Shown: piece by piece, positions 1 through 13,150 of the stretch | Numbering within the stretch: the first letter of the stretch is position 1 | How the letters are laid out: each line of letters begins with the position of its first letter | Assembly (NCBI GenBank): GCA_030264375.1 | Contig: JASCQW010000027.1 | Location: 70,650,720-70,714,719, forward strand | Length of the DNA stretch: 64,000 bases | Direction: 5' to 3' | Origin: Carcharhinus longimanus | Taxonomy: Eukaryota | Position numbers and translations under genes: made by a program | The notes under the pieces: generated by a model | Told to the model about the DNA's origin: nothing | What the model saw: only the letters and a program-made list of their open reading frames with translations | The model's database searches: none

Positions 1-2439
1 TGCATTCATCACATTTAGGAATGGGCTTTAATTATTTAAAGCCATTACTCTGGAAGGTGTTACACTCCTGAAATCATACCAGCCTGTGCTGACTGCGTAC
101 TAGATTCAGCCATTCATACTATTATTGCCATATTTAGGGGGAAATCCCACTCTTAATCAAGAGTCAAAAATAATAACTGAAGATGGGTCTGCTATTTATT
201 ATTTAATATTTAATCATTTATCACAGAAAACTGTATTACTTGGGCATTAAGACCATGATAGCAAGGCAGGTCATTATTGGCAAGGTAAAATGGGTAAAAG
301 TGGCAACCTGTTTTACACCCCTTGTTTTCCCTTTCCATGAATGTAATGATTTTTTAAAAAATTAAAATGAGGCACAGCACCCGGCTTGTGCATCAAATCA
401 CTGAAATAAATGCTCTGGAGTTTACCAAAAGCAACCGGGTATCCTCTTTTAAGCTGAATAACTAATTGACAATTTGTTTCTGATGTCTCATTGTGAATGG
501 TTCACTCAAAGAGCAAAGTTGAAAATCATACGCAGTGTTTATCAGATGTTGGCTAATCTATGTGGAATTGTATTTCATAGCACTTTGCAATAGGATATTC
601 AGCATCCAAATTCTAACACCACCACCAACCAATTAAGCTTTTCATTCACGGTATTGTCCATCCAAAGATGATTTGCTCTTCAATTCTGTTTGTTGCATGC
701 CTTTCATGTAATGATTTATCAAACGCACTGAGAGAATGGGAGTAGGCATTTAGTATTCATAACCTGTGGAATTCTCTTCTCATTCTCCATTGACTCATCT
801 CTTTTAAGACCAAGCTTTTGTTTACCTGTCTTAATATTTCCTTCTGTGGCTCAAATGGTAACACTCCGGTGAAATATTGAGATATCTTACCACATTCAGG
901 ATGATAAATAAATGTATGTTGTCTTAGTACTGGTGCTGTATTAATATGCGAGAAATATTAAGTTAGTTTTAACTATAACCCTGAATTACAGACATTATAC
1001 TCTGAACTACCAAGGTGGGGGAGTGCACAGGGAGAAGGGGCAAGATATCAAAGATGACAATCTGGCTGCAGCATATTTGGCTCCAAAAGTTGTCTTCTGC
1101 TTCCAAACAGATTTATAATGTAAATGAGGGAGGCAGACTTCACTTGGATGTGACCAGGGGCCTACAGATTACTCAAACAAGATATAGGTTTATCAGAGGA
1201 GGCATTAATTTATTAATGCATATTCTAGATTCCATGCAATTCAAACACTGAAGGATTATTTAATCTCGTTTAAAAAAAGTATGGGAACAAGATGGTTCAG
1301 GACAAAACAGGACCAAAATTGTGGACACATTCAGTGTCACCAAGATTACAGAACAGCTTTGAATAGGTATTTTATCCCTGTCACAATATCAAATCTTATA
1401 GTGCCACCTTCCCCCATTTAATTACTAAAAATAAATCCAGTTTGTTAATCTAGAATCTGAATTAGCTCAAGTGCATTTTATAAATTATAGTACTTCTGAT
1501 GTGGCTTGCAGGGAAACAAGGTGCAGTTTCCAACACACAATTTGTCATTTTACAAGACTTGAAGGACGTAAGAATCACTGCAGGAGCAGAAAGTCACAGT
1601 GCTAGTCTCAAGTTTGTATGACACATCTGCCAAGAAAAGCAACACTGTTACAATAAGAGACTCATCAAAATATCCTAAAACACCATCACACTCTTAGCAG
1701 TAAGATGCAGTTATAACATGGTGCTATCATGGCTGTCCTGTCTACAAAGGAGATTTGATATTTTTTGAGGAACTAGGAAAATGACTTAATTCAGGACTAG
1801 TATTTTGTTTCTTCCTGCGATCCAGGTCTGATAAGTAAATATTCATGAATAGAAATCAGATATGAATCCAATTTTTAAATAGTCACAATGACAGCCTCTG
1901 CAATTTTAATTGATCTTATGAAAAGGATCTAGTTAATTTTTGGATTACCCAATATTTGCTTTGGGACATCTTCAAAAAGCACATACAAGTCAACTGTGCA
2001 CTTCTGGGGCAAATACACTCCTTCATAGATACAAGTTAGCAGAAATAGCAATCATTTTCAATGACAATATGTGCGTATAAAATTTTAAAAATAGAAAGCT
2101 ACAAAGGAGGACGAATCAAATTTGCTTCTCTCCAATTCAGGAAGCTATCACTTCAGAAGCTTTTGACAAGCACAAAATTGCATTCAAACTTGGCAGAAGA
2201 TTTCACTTCCTTCCATTGAAACAATCGGAATGCGAAATTTTAAAAAGCCTGTAAATTAATCATTCAAAACAGAAAGAATGCATCAACATGAGCTTAGACC
2301 AGAGAACAGGCCAAAGGTGCTAGACTTCTTGGCATGGTTATACAAGTCTAGAAGTGTACTGGATGAAGAAAACGCCTCAGAAAAATATCCACAGAAAAAC
2401 TGACGGGATATGAAGCAAGAGAGAAAGTGTGTCTCTAAC

Positions 2440-5150
2440 GTATGATTAACTAATGTCAGTGCTACTTAATTAATTACATCATACATTAGCCAATGATAAG
2501 TCCAAAGACGACTTCTACTCCACCCTGGACACCATACTCTCCAACATTCCTAAGATAAGATCATTCTCCTTGGGGACGAGAATGCCAGGTTTGAAAGGAC
2601 TCCCAACTCTGGAAAGGAACTATTGGAAAGAGTTGGGAATTGCAACTTCAGTGGGGTTCTCCTGCTCATCAAATGTGTGGAACATCAGCTTGCAAATCAC
2701 TAATGCACTATTCCACCAAAAAGACAAGTTCAAGACTTCCTGAAGACATCCACGATCAAAGCATTGGCACATGATCGGCTTCATCATCATCTGATCCAGA
2801 GACCAAAAGGACACCCTCATCACCAAAGCAATGACCAGTGCAGATGACTGACCACTGGCTCAACCACTCCTCGATATCCAAACTTCATCAAAAGCAGCGG
2901 AGAATGAAGAAACAGCTCCAGAAAAAGATCAACATTTACTGTCTTTAAGAGTCAAGCATACTAGTGAACTTCCAGCAATGTCTTCTCCAAAATCTCCAAA
3001 ACATTCATTTTAATGGAGTGGAGGAAAACTGGAAAGAGCTCAATTTCTTTCCCATCTCAAAGTGTGTAGAAATCATTGGCTGTAGGATCAAGAAACATCA
3101 ACACTGGTTCAACGAGAATGACCACATGATCCAAGACCTCATCAAAAGAGGAAAGCTCTCTACATCTGGCAAAATGACAGAACAGCAAGGCAAAGAGGAG
3201 AACTCACCAATCAGCAAATGTGGAGTTATAAAAGTAGTACTAGGGAAATCAAGAACCAATGGTAGACTGTGAAAGTTGGTCCTTGCTGACAAGCACGACA
3301 CCTGGAGCTTCTTCAGTGCCACCAAGGTAACATATGGACCCACTACCCTAGGTGCAGAGTAAGGATGGAATCCTCTTGAAACATCAACCTTCAAATGGAG
3401 AGAACACTTCAAAAGAACTCCTACACCATGATGCAATCAGGGACAAGGACATGTTTGAGGAAATCCCCCAACTCCCAAAGACAAAGACAATCTTGGGAGT
3501 CCCATGAAGCACAAAGTCAGCACCACTGTTAAACATGCGAAGAATGGAAAAGCTGCAGAAGTAAATGGGATTTCAGCAGAGAGTTTCAAACTTGGAGATC
3601 ACCTGTCATCTCCATCATTGGGACAGGAAAGAAATTTCTGCTAGCCTCAGCAATGTCATCATTGCCATCTTTTTCAAGAAAGGAGACAAACTGGACTGTG
3701 GGAATTAGCAAGGAATCTTCTTTCCATTGCCTGAATCCACGCTAGCCACTTTCTCCCAGGTTCTGAAGAAATCCTTCTGGAAAGTCAGTGTGGCTTCCAA
3801 CCAAACCGTGGAACAGCAGACCTGATTTTCATGGCTCAATAACTTCAAGAGAAATACCAAGAGCAACATCAACCACTATACATGGCCTTCATCGATTTGA
3901 CCAAACCTTTTGATTCAGTTAATCAGGAGGCGCTATAGAAGGCCCTGTTAAAGGCCGGCTGTACAGGGAAAGTCATCAGCATCCTTTGGCTCCTCTAATG
4001 ACATGGTAGTGACAGTCCCCATTGACGGAAATAAGACAGAAACCTTCAAGTTTAAGGCTAGAGTCAAGAAGGGATGTGTCATTGGCCCCACTCTTTTCTC
4101 TATCACTACCTCCTTCACCTTGTCAAGAAGGAGCTTCCCAGTAGAGTGGACATTGTCTACAGAATGGACAGAAAACTTTTCAACTTTAACCAGCTGAAAT
4201 CCAAGAAGAAAATGATACTGTCATCGCACATGGAACTTTAGTATGCAGATGACTTCACCAGCTCTGTTCTCTCAGAAGAGAATATCCAAGCCACGTTTGA
4301 CACCTTCACGGAAGCATACTGAAGATTCAGTCTCAACTTCAACCACAAGACGACTCAAGTCCTTCACTAACCTGCCCAGGGCAAGATCCAGTCTCTCTCC
4401 TCATCAAGGGCAATGGAGAAATCCTCCCAAATGTGGAATATTTCCCCTACCTGGGAAGCCAACCCTCATCTAATGACACCCCTGACATCATCGTGGAGAT
4501 CCAACATCATAGCCAATCTGCGAGTGCTGTCGTCTTCAGATGCCTAAGAACGAGAGTCTTCGATGATTGACACCTGTGATACTAAGATCCATGTGTACAA
4601 GGCAGTTGTCCTCCCAACTCTTCAATGTGGCTCAGAAACTTGGACCGCATACAGATGCCACCTCAAGGTCCCGGGGTGGGGGGGGGGGGGTGGGGGGTGG
4701 TGGGTGGTACTAGCAATGCAACCTGAGATGGATTCTCAGCATCAGCTAGGAAGACAGGTGTACTAACATCAGCATCAAGGCCATGACCATCTGAGACCAA
4801 ATCTGCTGGATTGGCCACATACTTCAGATGTAAGAGTCCCAACTGTCAAAGTAAATCTTCACCTAGCTCAAGGAAGGGTCCCAAAAAAGAGGGCAAAGGA
4901 AGCACTTCAAAAGACACCCTGAAGGCTGACTTCAAGAAATGCATCATAGACGTGAACACCTAGGAGACCCTTGCTTAGAAGACTCCTGCTTGGAGGAACC
5001 TCCTGATTCAAAGAGCACAATCCTTCCAGGATACCCGATGGCAAGAGTAGGCCCGGTAAAGAAGCTTGAGAAAGGAAGATCCAAGGACCGAACTGACCTG
5101 CCAAGTGTGCAAAGATGCAATTCTCATCAGCCATGCAAGGACTCAAAATC
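2440..5150 (+). mobile_element. Decayed, near-full-length RTE-clade LINE (AP endonuclease + reverse transcriptase)
   Basis: Hand translation gives ordered motifs: IILLGDENAR (~2560-2590), ITNALFHQKDKFKTS*RHPRSKHWH (~2695-2770), ESQCGFQPNRGTADLIF...LYMAFIDLTKPFDSV (~3780-3920), VKKGCVIGPTLF (~4063-4098), YADD (~4242-4253), FPYLGS (~4441) and KIHVYKAVVLPTLQCGSETW (~4584-4643). Many stops and frameshifts. Confidence 0.93.
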
Positions 5151-5522
5151 CATGCCCAGTAACATGGAATTTTTTAGGTGGACTATCATATACATTAGCA
5201 TATCCCATCTATTAACACTTAACACTACACTTCCCCCAAGTATGCTATCCAATCTTCAACAACAATATGGAGCAAGCTCACTGTTTACAACTACAGCTTG
5301 CCACAGTATTCACAGCCCTCAGCATTTTTGCCAAGTGTGGAGTTTCTTCCTTTTCTCGGAGGACATCAGAATACGACAGCAATTAGCATCATTGCTGGCA
5401 AACAGAGTATAGCGTTCAAGATGAATGAACAAGGAAAATTAAGACCTTTCAACAAAAGACTCAAATACAACAAAACAGCACTGACCATTGGACTCTCCAG
5501 GACGAGAAGAGGGCTCACCATT

Positions 5523-6348
5523 TCAAGCAATGTGTTGTGCCTTTGAGGCCCAATGGGAAAGACTGGCACAAGATGAAAGATCTACAACTGCAGGTAAGAC
5601 TGTTGCAGCCATATCATTCACTGCTGCTCCAAGATGGAAAAGGTATTGAACATCTGAGGTTTTAGTTAATACAAATGACAAGGAGAAAAAAGGCAACATT
5701 TCTGAACACTTTTCAGGAAGAGATTTCTTAATATTTCGGAAGGAACATCTATTTTCTGTTAGTAGTGGTAAGTGAGCCACACCACTGTCAGTGCAGAGCT
5801 GCTCCACTCTGGGCAATGGGAAGAATTGCTGAGGATATGTAGATAAAACAGCACCATCTTCTGTCTTAAGATACATTTTTTGTGTTAAATCAGGGGCAAA
5901 CTGTTGTAAAGGACTATGCTGTTACAGAAGTGTGAAAGATGTTGTCGCAACTTGTGCTGACATACAGCTGTGGAGGTGGTGGCGGTGGGGCAGACAACAT
6001 TCAACTGGGACTGAATTAAGGGTGTCACTTGAATTTTATCCCAGGAAGTTACCAGCTTTTTGATAGTATGATCCACAACGGAATCTGACATGGACTCAAG
6101 CAAGGCACTCTCTCTGGAAGACTCTTCATGAACAACAAGAGGAAGATTGTAGGTTCAGTGGAATGAAGATCTGAAAGTTGCTCAGCCATTAGAAACACAG
6201 CTGATATCTCACAAAAGGTATCAGAGTATTTGTAAAATGCATCCATCAATTGGAAATAGTCATCAACCTCCAGAACCTCATTGTCCAACAGACCTTCCAG
6301 TGCTGCAATGGCTTCTTTCCTCATCACTTTCTTGTGGAAAGGATCCAT
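5523..6348 (-). pseudogene. Frameshifted coding-like remnant of unknown family (three overlapping ORFs)
   Basis: ORFs 6348-6049, 6103-5885 and 5876-5523 tile the segment on one strand and can be joined by single frameshifts. The N-terminus MDPFHKKVMRKEAIAALEGLLDNEVLEVDDYFQLMDAFYKY looks protein-like. No family recognised. Confidence 0.4.
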
Positions 6349-6484
6349 TCAGGTCCAGCAAGTGTGTGTGTGCATGCATGGTCACTGCCTGCCATAATGC
6401 CTTCTGTATTTACCACTTCTGGCCTGACTTCAGAAAGAACAGATTCACATTTTAATTTTTGTTCAGGGTCTAGTGGAGGGGGAT

Positions 6485-6725
6485 AGTTTTAGATAAATGT
6501 GTGGAGATGTTTTTCACGCAGAGTGGTTGGTGCCTGGAACTCACTGCCAGAGGCGGCGATGGAAGCAGACACATTAGCAACATTTAAGAGACATATGGAT
6601 GGGTACATGACTAGGGAGCAAATGGAGGGATAGGGACTAAGGGCAGAAGGTCTTTTCAGTTTAGTTAGGGCATCATGATCAGCCACAGAGTCTGTTCCTG
6701 TGCTGTATTTTTCTTTGTTCTTTGA
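6485..6725 (+). mobile_element. CR1 LINE 3' end
   Basis: FFTQRVVGAWNSLP-type coding end (ttcacgcagagtggttggtgcctggaactcactgcca), then a 3' UTR ending in tttctttgttctttg. Confidence 0.9.
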
Positions 6726-6729
6726 TGTC

Positions 6730-7780
6730 TGCATGACTGCCGATTGAATAAACTTCCTCAGCTGCTGTCAGCATAAATTCCACTTGGCCTAAACAAAAGG
6801 TTGAACATTGTTCCAGGAACAACACTGGGTTGTTCAAATGCTCAGCATCATTCATTTTTTCAAACATTCCTAGATACTAACATTCCCATTCAATAAAGAT
6901 GTATATTGATTGATTGATTGATGGGAGAATCAATGATCTGTCACCCCCTGCAAAGATGACAAGCAATTATCCTGCCTATAATTGGAAGGTCTCTCACCTG
7001 GCTCTTGGAATTTGATGTCTTATAGACGGTGATTATCTGAAGCAAGTCAAGACTATCATCTAATATGCTAATAGCCCCAGTATCAATTTTAAAGGTGGCA
7101 TCAAAACCTTTAACCTGCACTGTAATTGACCAATAGTCTGGACAAAGACCGTTCACTTCAATTATGAATGTGCACTTTTCTCTTGATCTTGATTTCCAAT
7201 TTCTTGGACAGAGCATGTTTCAGATATCTTCTGCCTAGTTTGAGGTTGTCAAAATTCCCAGTGCCTATACTTCAAGTAGCCAAACAGGCTACTAGTGTGG
7301 CGTTTTCCACCCTGCTGCCAAGTTTTATAGATTCTTTTATGGAAGGGGCTGCTGGCTCTGGACCTACCCAGTCAACATGGTTATGTGGAGTCACACCGAA
7401 TTATAGCCTGGTTGAACTTTGAGCTTGGCCTGTCTAGCATACTTGATCTCAAGTAAGGTCATCTTTGATCTTGAGAAAATCAGTGAGCTCTACATCTCAA
7501 TCACCCATGGGGTTAGCTCATTCTTCAGCACCCAGTTTGAGAGAACAGGCTACACATTATCGGTGAGTTTGAAACAACTCAACCAAATCCCCAGGTTGAT
7601 GTGACCTTTGGTTAAAAAATACTCATTCCATAACTAAATTTCACTTCATGCTGAAATAGATACTAAAAGGTTTGAGAACTGTCTCAAACTCCATTGTGGT
7701 CTTCTCCACTCCCTGGCTCAGAATGCCATCTGCTACTGGACCTACAATCAAGAAAGAAACTGACTTGATGCTTCTATTCT
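6730..7780 (-). mobile_element. Ty3/Gypsy LTR retrotransposon remnant (gag, degenerate Zn knuckle, aspartic protease)
   Basis: The minus strand reads FETVLKPFSIYF...FFNQRSHQPGDLVE (gag), a decayed CCHC-like LFGYLKYRHW, and WSITVQVKGFDATFKIDTGA (retropepsin DTG motif, ORF 6941-7216), followed by NQYTSLL. Confidence 0.85.
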
Positions 7781-7782
7781 GT

Positions 7783-7888
7783 GGGCAGCATGGTCACACA
7801 ATGGGTAGTACCGCTACCTCACAACATCATGGTCCCGGGTTCGATTCCCGGCTTGGGTGATTGTGTGGAGTCTGCACATTCTCCCTGC
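7783..7888 (+). mobile_element. HE1/V-SINE-type tRNA-derived SINE, 5' part, inserted in Gypsy gag
   Basis: gggcagcatggt... with B-box ggttcgattccc followed by tgtgtggagtctgcacattctcc. Confidence 0.85.
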
Positions 7889-7994
7889 CAAATAGTTGGG
7901 ATTGGGGCAGGGACTGCTCACCAGGTAATGTCATCTCTAGTGTACCTCCTCCTTCCATAGGATTTGTGAGCACGAGCTACTGTTGAGTTTTTGT

Positions 7995-8258
7995 AAGAAC
8001 ATAAGAAAAAGGAACAGGAGTAGGCCNNNNNNNNNNNNNNNNNNNNNNNNNNNNNNNNNNNNNNNNNNNNNNNNNNNNNNNNNNNNNNNNNNNNNNNNNN
8101 NNNNNNNNNNNNNNNNNNNNNNNNNNCTTTCTAAGCGGGAAGAATCTCTCTACCTCTACCCTATCCATCCCCTTCATTATCTTATATGTCTCTATAAGAT
8201 CCCTCCTCAGCCTTCTAAAATCCAACGAGTACAGACCCAGTCTATTCAATCTCTCCTC
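7995..8258 (-). mobile_element. CR1 LINE 3' end spanning an N-gap
   Basis: aagaacataagaa tail; ORF RLGLYSLDFRRLRRDLIETYKIMKG is the CR1 ORF2 C-terminal signature. Confidence 0.9.
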
Positions 8259-8943
8259 ATGGTGTCAATAAAGATATTGTAATTCACTTCAAAGACTCAA
8301 GCTGAAAAGCAAGCCAGGATTCCTGCCTCCGAGCATCATTATCTGTTGATTGCCCGTACGTGCATTGACAGTGGTTCAGTTCAATCTGAGCCATGACTGT
8401 AATAGTCCCTGTGGTAATGTGGTCATTAGTTATCCCTGCAGATGAAGGACACCCAGTCAGGCAGTTTTCCAAAGTAGTGCCCATTGAACGGGCCTCTGAC
8501 ACAGGGCCGCTTCAAGAGAGGAAAGCTGGAAGGAGAATTGTACTGGGTAGTTTAAACTCCACCACAAAATTAACCACGTAACACTAACAGTGACAGACAC
8601 AGCTGTTCTTGTATTTATCAAGTTAGGTCCATTATTGAGATCAAATCCAATGTAATTTGTTATTTTAAGCCTGTTTGAACTACACGTACTGTCAATTTTA
8701 TGCTATCAGCTGTACTTTGTCCCACTGGGACAAATAAGATTGACAATAATTTCAAATTGCATTTTACAATGATCTGTTTGATTGCATTTTCTACAGACAA
8801 GCCTAGCTATCTCTCACACTCATGTTTTACATGGGAATCACGAGTAAGCTATTAGTTATGTTACATCCTCAAAAATATGATTTGCCTTTAATAAAACCAT
8901 GCTGACTGAGTTTGATTATGTTCAGCTTTCCTGAATGATTAGT

Positions 8944-9320
8944 AAGAACATAAGAAATAGGAGCAGGAGTAGCCCCCTTGAGCTTGCCCCGCCATTCAAT
9001 AAGATCATGGCAGATCTGATAGTGGTTCAGTTCCTCTTACCCGCCTGCTCCCCATAACCCTTAATTCCCTTATTGGTCAGAAATCTATCTATCTGTGACT
9101 TAAACACATTTAATGAGGTAGCCTCCACTGCTTCAATGGGCAGAGAATTCCAAAGATTCACTACCCTCTGGGAGGAGAAGTTCCTCCTCAACTCTGTCCT
9201 AAATTGACTGCCCCTTATTTTGAGGCTGTGCCCTCTAGATCTTGTATCCTTTCTAAGTGGAAATAATCTCTCTGCTTCTACCCTTCATTATCTTGTATGT
9301 CTCTGTAAGATCTCCCCTCA
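8944..9320 (-). mobile_element. CR1 LINE 3' end
   Basis: taagaacataagaaataggagcaggagtag tail and an RVVNLWNSLP-type motif on the minus strand. Confidence 0.9.
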
Positions 9321-11677
9321 GTGATGCTTTCCTCCACTCTTGTTCAATTATGCTGATTTTTTTTTTTAAACGTTGGTTTCTCCTCCATATTCTGAGACAG
9401 TCCTTTGATGTGTGGATTCGAGCTGTGGCACTTAATTACTGGGCAGACTGCAGTCATACTGTGGCCCTTGGTTTATCAGTACTACAAACGGGTGACAGTG
9501 TGTTGCTCCTGGGTCTGGTGTTCCAACCTCCCTCTCAAGAATCCAACACATCAGTGCTCCATCATCAATTAGTACATCCTATTTATTAACACTTTATACC
9601 ACTGAGTGACCTCTGGTTCACAGCCTAACTCCTCTCCAACCCAACACCTGCCCTAGATTAGGCACATAACCCATCCTCAAGGCTAACTGATTGCCTTCCC
9701 ACTGGGCAGCCGCCATTTGGCCTTCTGACAATTGATTTGCCGTGTTCACACAGAAGGAGCAGGAGCGATCAGTCATCACATTTCCCACTTCACCTCACAC
9801 ACCCTGCTGGAAATCAACATTCTGCCCAAAAACTCAGCAAGATGTCCAGTCAAATAGGGTCATGGGAACTTTTGCCAGCACAGGAATCACGTAATGGCAT
9901 GAAGCAGTGGTGCTCATCATATTTGCTGAGAGCCAAGTGCAGTCTTCCTCATTACAGAACACAATTAATTATTAAAGGGATTAAAATCAAAGAACTGAGG
10001 GGGGGTAGGCTTTGATACACCACAAGGGGGCTGTAACTACATATATCACTGCTTTCTATATAACAACCTCAAACTGAAAGTGTTTTGCTGGAAGCAGTAA
10101 GCCACACTGCTCAGGATGCCAGATACTCAAAGACCATAGCCATGCATTTGTTGATAGTATAATGTACATGCCTTGTTGATGGTTGGATATTGTAATTAGA
10201 TGAGCAAAGAGTTGCTGTAATTGGTCAAATACTACTGTGGAAACAAATGAAATAATCAGAACGATTAGTTGGAATTTGATATTGATTACCTTTGAATGAA
10301 GAGTTGGCGTATGTAAATCATTGGTAACTGAACCCAAGATATAATTGCTGTTGCACTGCATAGACTCCCAAAACAAGAAAGTATGTGGGGAAACAGATTC
10401 CCCTCCTATAGCTTGAGTAAAGATCTGAAAGGAGAACTCCAAGATCACACTGGTCATTCACGTGAGAAAAGTACAAGGATCGTTGGATAGCTGCAAAATT
10501 CCCCTAAGAACCATTCATAGCTTGCACCAGTGTGGGTGGCGCAGGTAACAATAAAATACTTTTTAGAATACAGGAATGTGTAATCTCCCACAGTGCAAGT
10601 AAAAGAGTCCAATAAAATAGTACCCAGTTTTGTCATCTGCTTTTCTAAGTGCTTGATTCAATATTGCCCACATTGGCACAATCAAAAATAATTACCTAAA
10701 AACAGCTATGTTGAACTGACTGCCACACTTTCATTCTACAATACAGGAGTCTTGAGATAACATTGAAGACTGTTATCCCAACCAATAGGAATGATATGAC
10801 GTGAGATTACCCCAGGCTTTGGGAGATACTGCTGTTAAATTTCTTTTAACAGTTCTCTCCGAATACCTGAGGAGGATAAAGAAATTCAGTATTGAGAGCG
10901 GCATCTGCCAAAGTCCCATTTCAAATGAAAAATATAAATTTATATCAATGGCATGTTATTTTCCACGCATGTGTTGCAGTCTTTGTTCAACAACAAGACC
11001 CTTCAAGTAAAGAAAACTGGCTGCATGTAAATTCAAAATCTCTTATGGAAATGTTCACTTTGAAAGTGAAAAATACCCCTTTGTAAAATATTCCAAATAT
11101 TCTCATTTTTCACAATTACAGAAGCTAATACATCACAAGACAATGGTGCAGAATAAGTCTGATTGATTACTAATTGTTGCCCTAGGGAAACTTAATACAA
11201 ATCAGCTTGGTTAATCTGGTACTCTCCCCTTCTTCCCTAACCAACAAAAGGTGATGAGGGAGATTGCAGCGCCCCTTTCAATCCAATTCAAGCTCAGCTA
11301 AATCAGGGGACTCACCAAGAGCTTCAGCTGTTCATGGCTATACCTGAACAGTTTCCACCAGCACAGTCAGAAAGTTGAGAAAGGAAACAGATGAGAAAAT
11401 TTGAAACATTACAGCTTACATTCCTGATGCTCCAGGTCAGCAAACTCCCTTTAATTCAAGACATGTGGAATGATGACTATCAATCACAACAAGAATTTCT
11501 GAAACTATCCCTATGTATCAAAAATCTTTGTTCAGATCTTGGGTCCTCTGGAACTGATCCTACAATTTGGCATGTATAAGTCAGTTTTGAATTAATGAAA
11601 ATAAACTGCTTTATTGTTAGAGATTGGAGGAGATTGTTATGTTTCTTTTATTGAGGATAAAACATTTTAACACTTAC

Positions 11678-11769
11678 CTTCAAATATAAGGGAGTTAAGT
11701 GGTTCCAGGCACAAAAAAAATGAGCAGCTCGAAAGCAGATCTGAACAAAGGAGCAGCGGATAAAATTTC
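11678..11769 (-). other. Candidate exon of unidentified minus-strand transcript
   Basis: Strong donor AAG|gtaagt (intron starts 11677). Two possible acceptors: actttttag (exon start 11769) or tcctttgttcag (exon start 11740). Confidence 0.4.
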
Positions 11770-12559
11770 CTAAAAAGTTATTTTATAGATGTTTTGGTTA
11801 ACATTTTGTTTTCAGACAACATAACAGAATATAAATCTTCAAGTGAAGTAATATTTATTTGCATAAGAACAAAACTAGACTGCAATTTATGAATGATATT
11901 TTGGAAGTACAAATTAAACTCTTCCCAGCAGTAATGTCATTTTTTTGTAACCATCTCTTTTATCTCCTTCATTTCTACTTTTTTTCAGAAAAAGAGCTCA
12001 TCAGCTTGTTATGCTCTTGGTTTTCCAATACAGCTGAGATTTTCAAATACAATAAAATGAAGCAAAGCAACAACTGTTTTTTTCCTTTATTTGCAGAATA
12101 TTCAGTATTATAGCCCAATCTACAATTTATTAATCTTCTCAAAAAAATTGAACAGTTTATTTTTGTGTCCTCTAATTTTCTTGTCTGAATACAAAGTTAA
12201 TTGTTTCCTCCTTAAAAAGCTCCTGTCTTCCAATCTGAAAATTGTATGCATGTACACACATTTGGACATTGCCCTCCTGTAATTTCACACTTCCCACAAA
12301 AATCCGTCCATGTGAAGTTCCATCTTTGACATTTGTTGTATGTTCACAGAAGCTTCTTCCTGGAAAATTAAACTTGTGCAGTTAATGTATAACAATAGTC
12401 AACGGGCATGGAATAACCCACAGTATTTATCTTTTGCCTGTCTTATTTATTCAAACTTCATATCTTGGCTCCAAACTATCTTGGAATGATTCATCCCAAA
12501 GATCTCTCATTCACTTGTTTCCCTTGAAGCAGATGCTTTTATTCCCTTCCATTTCAAAC

Positions 12560-13150
12560 TAAGTGGGGTCACTCGTCCTCCTCCCTCATGCAGTTAGGTG
12601 TCAAGCCTTGTTTAGAGCTCTGCAGTTTTGTCATCCAGTGTCAGATTGGAGAATTAGATTGGAACAAAGTGGTGAAACAGACAGTTAAATGACATTTTTT
12701 GGGTTAAAAAAAAAAGAGGGCCCCAATGCATTTCAGATCCACAAAACACAATGCAGAATGAGGAAAGGAGAAAATCGGTGGGATCGAGTTGGAGGAAATT
12801 GGAAGGATAAACTGGGACAATGCCATGAAGAATCAATCCAGGTCAACGGGAATAGGAAATATAACTAGTGTGACAGAAGAGAGTTTGGCAAAAGCTGAAA
12901 GTTAATAGAATGTGAAGCTTGAAGATAAGCATTAAAGCAGCAAAATCTAAAAACATTGCCCCAGGTTTGAGCAACAGATAGGCTCGAGTGGGACAGTGCA
13001 ATGTTAATAGAAAGGATATGGAGTTAAAAGTTGGTTCAGGGTTGAACAGACCAACAAAGCTACAAATGATTGAGAAGAGCAGAAAAACAAATTCAAAGAG
13101 ACAATGCTGAACATTACCAGCACTAAGTCAAGTTGACTCCATGTCTACAG
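12560..13150 (-). mobile_element. Old L2-like LINE fragment
   Basis: Purine-rich plus strand resembling the antisense of L2 ORF2 copies (compare 63100-63760); heavily decayed. Confidence 0.5.

Noticed and set aside
4939-5412. 157-aa ORF
   Set aside because: It runs across the RTE 3' end into unrelated sequence and is a chance open frame.
10782-10866. CCAAT followed by TGACGTG (ER-stress element-like) and a 56-nt minus-strand exon candidate (10811-10866)
   Set aside because: The sequence does not match CCAAT-N9-CCACG, and the donor GGG|gtaatc is weak. Too little support.
11718-11745. gagcagctcgaaagc hammerhead-like stem II/GAAA
   Set aside because: No CUGANGA upstream and no Penelope arms.
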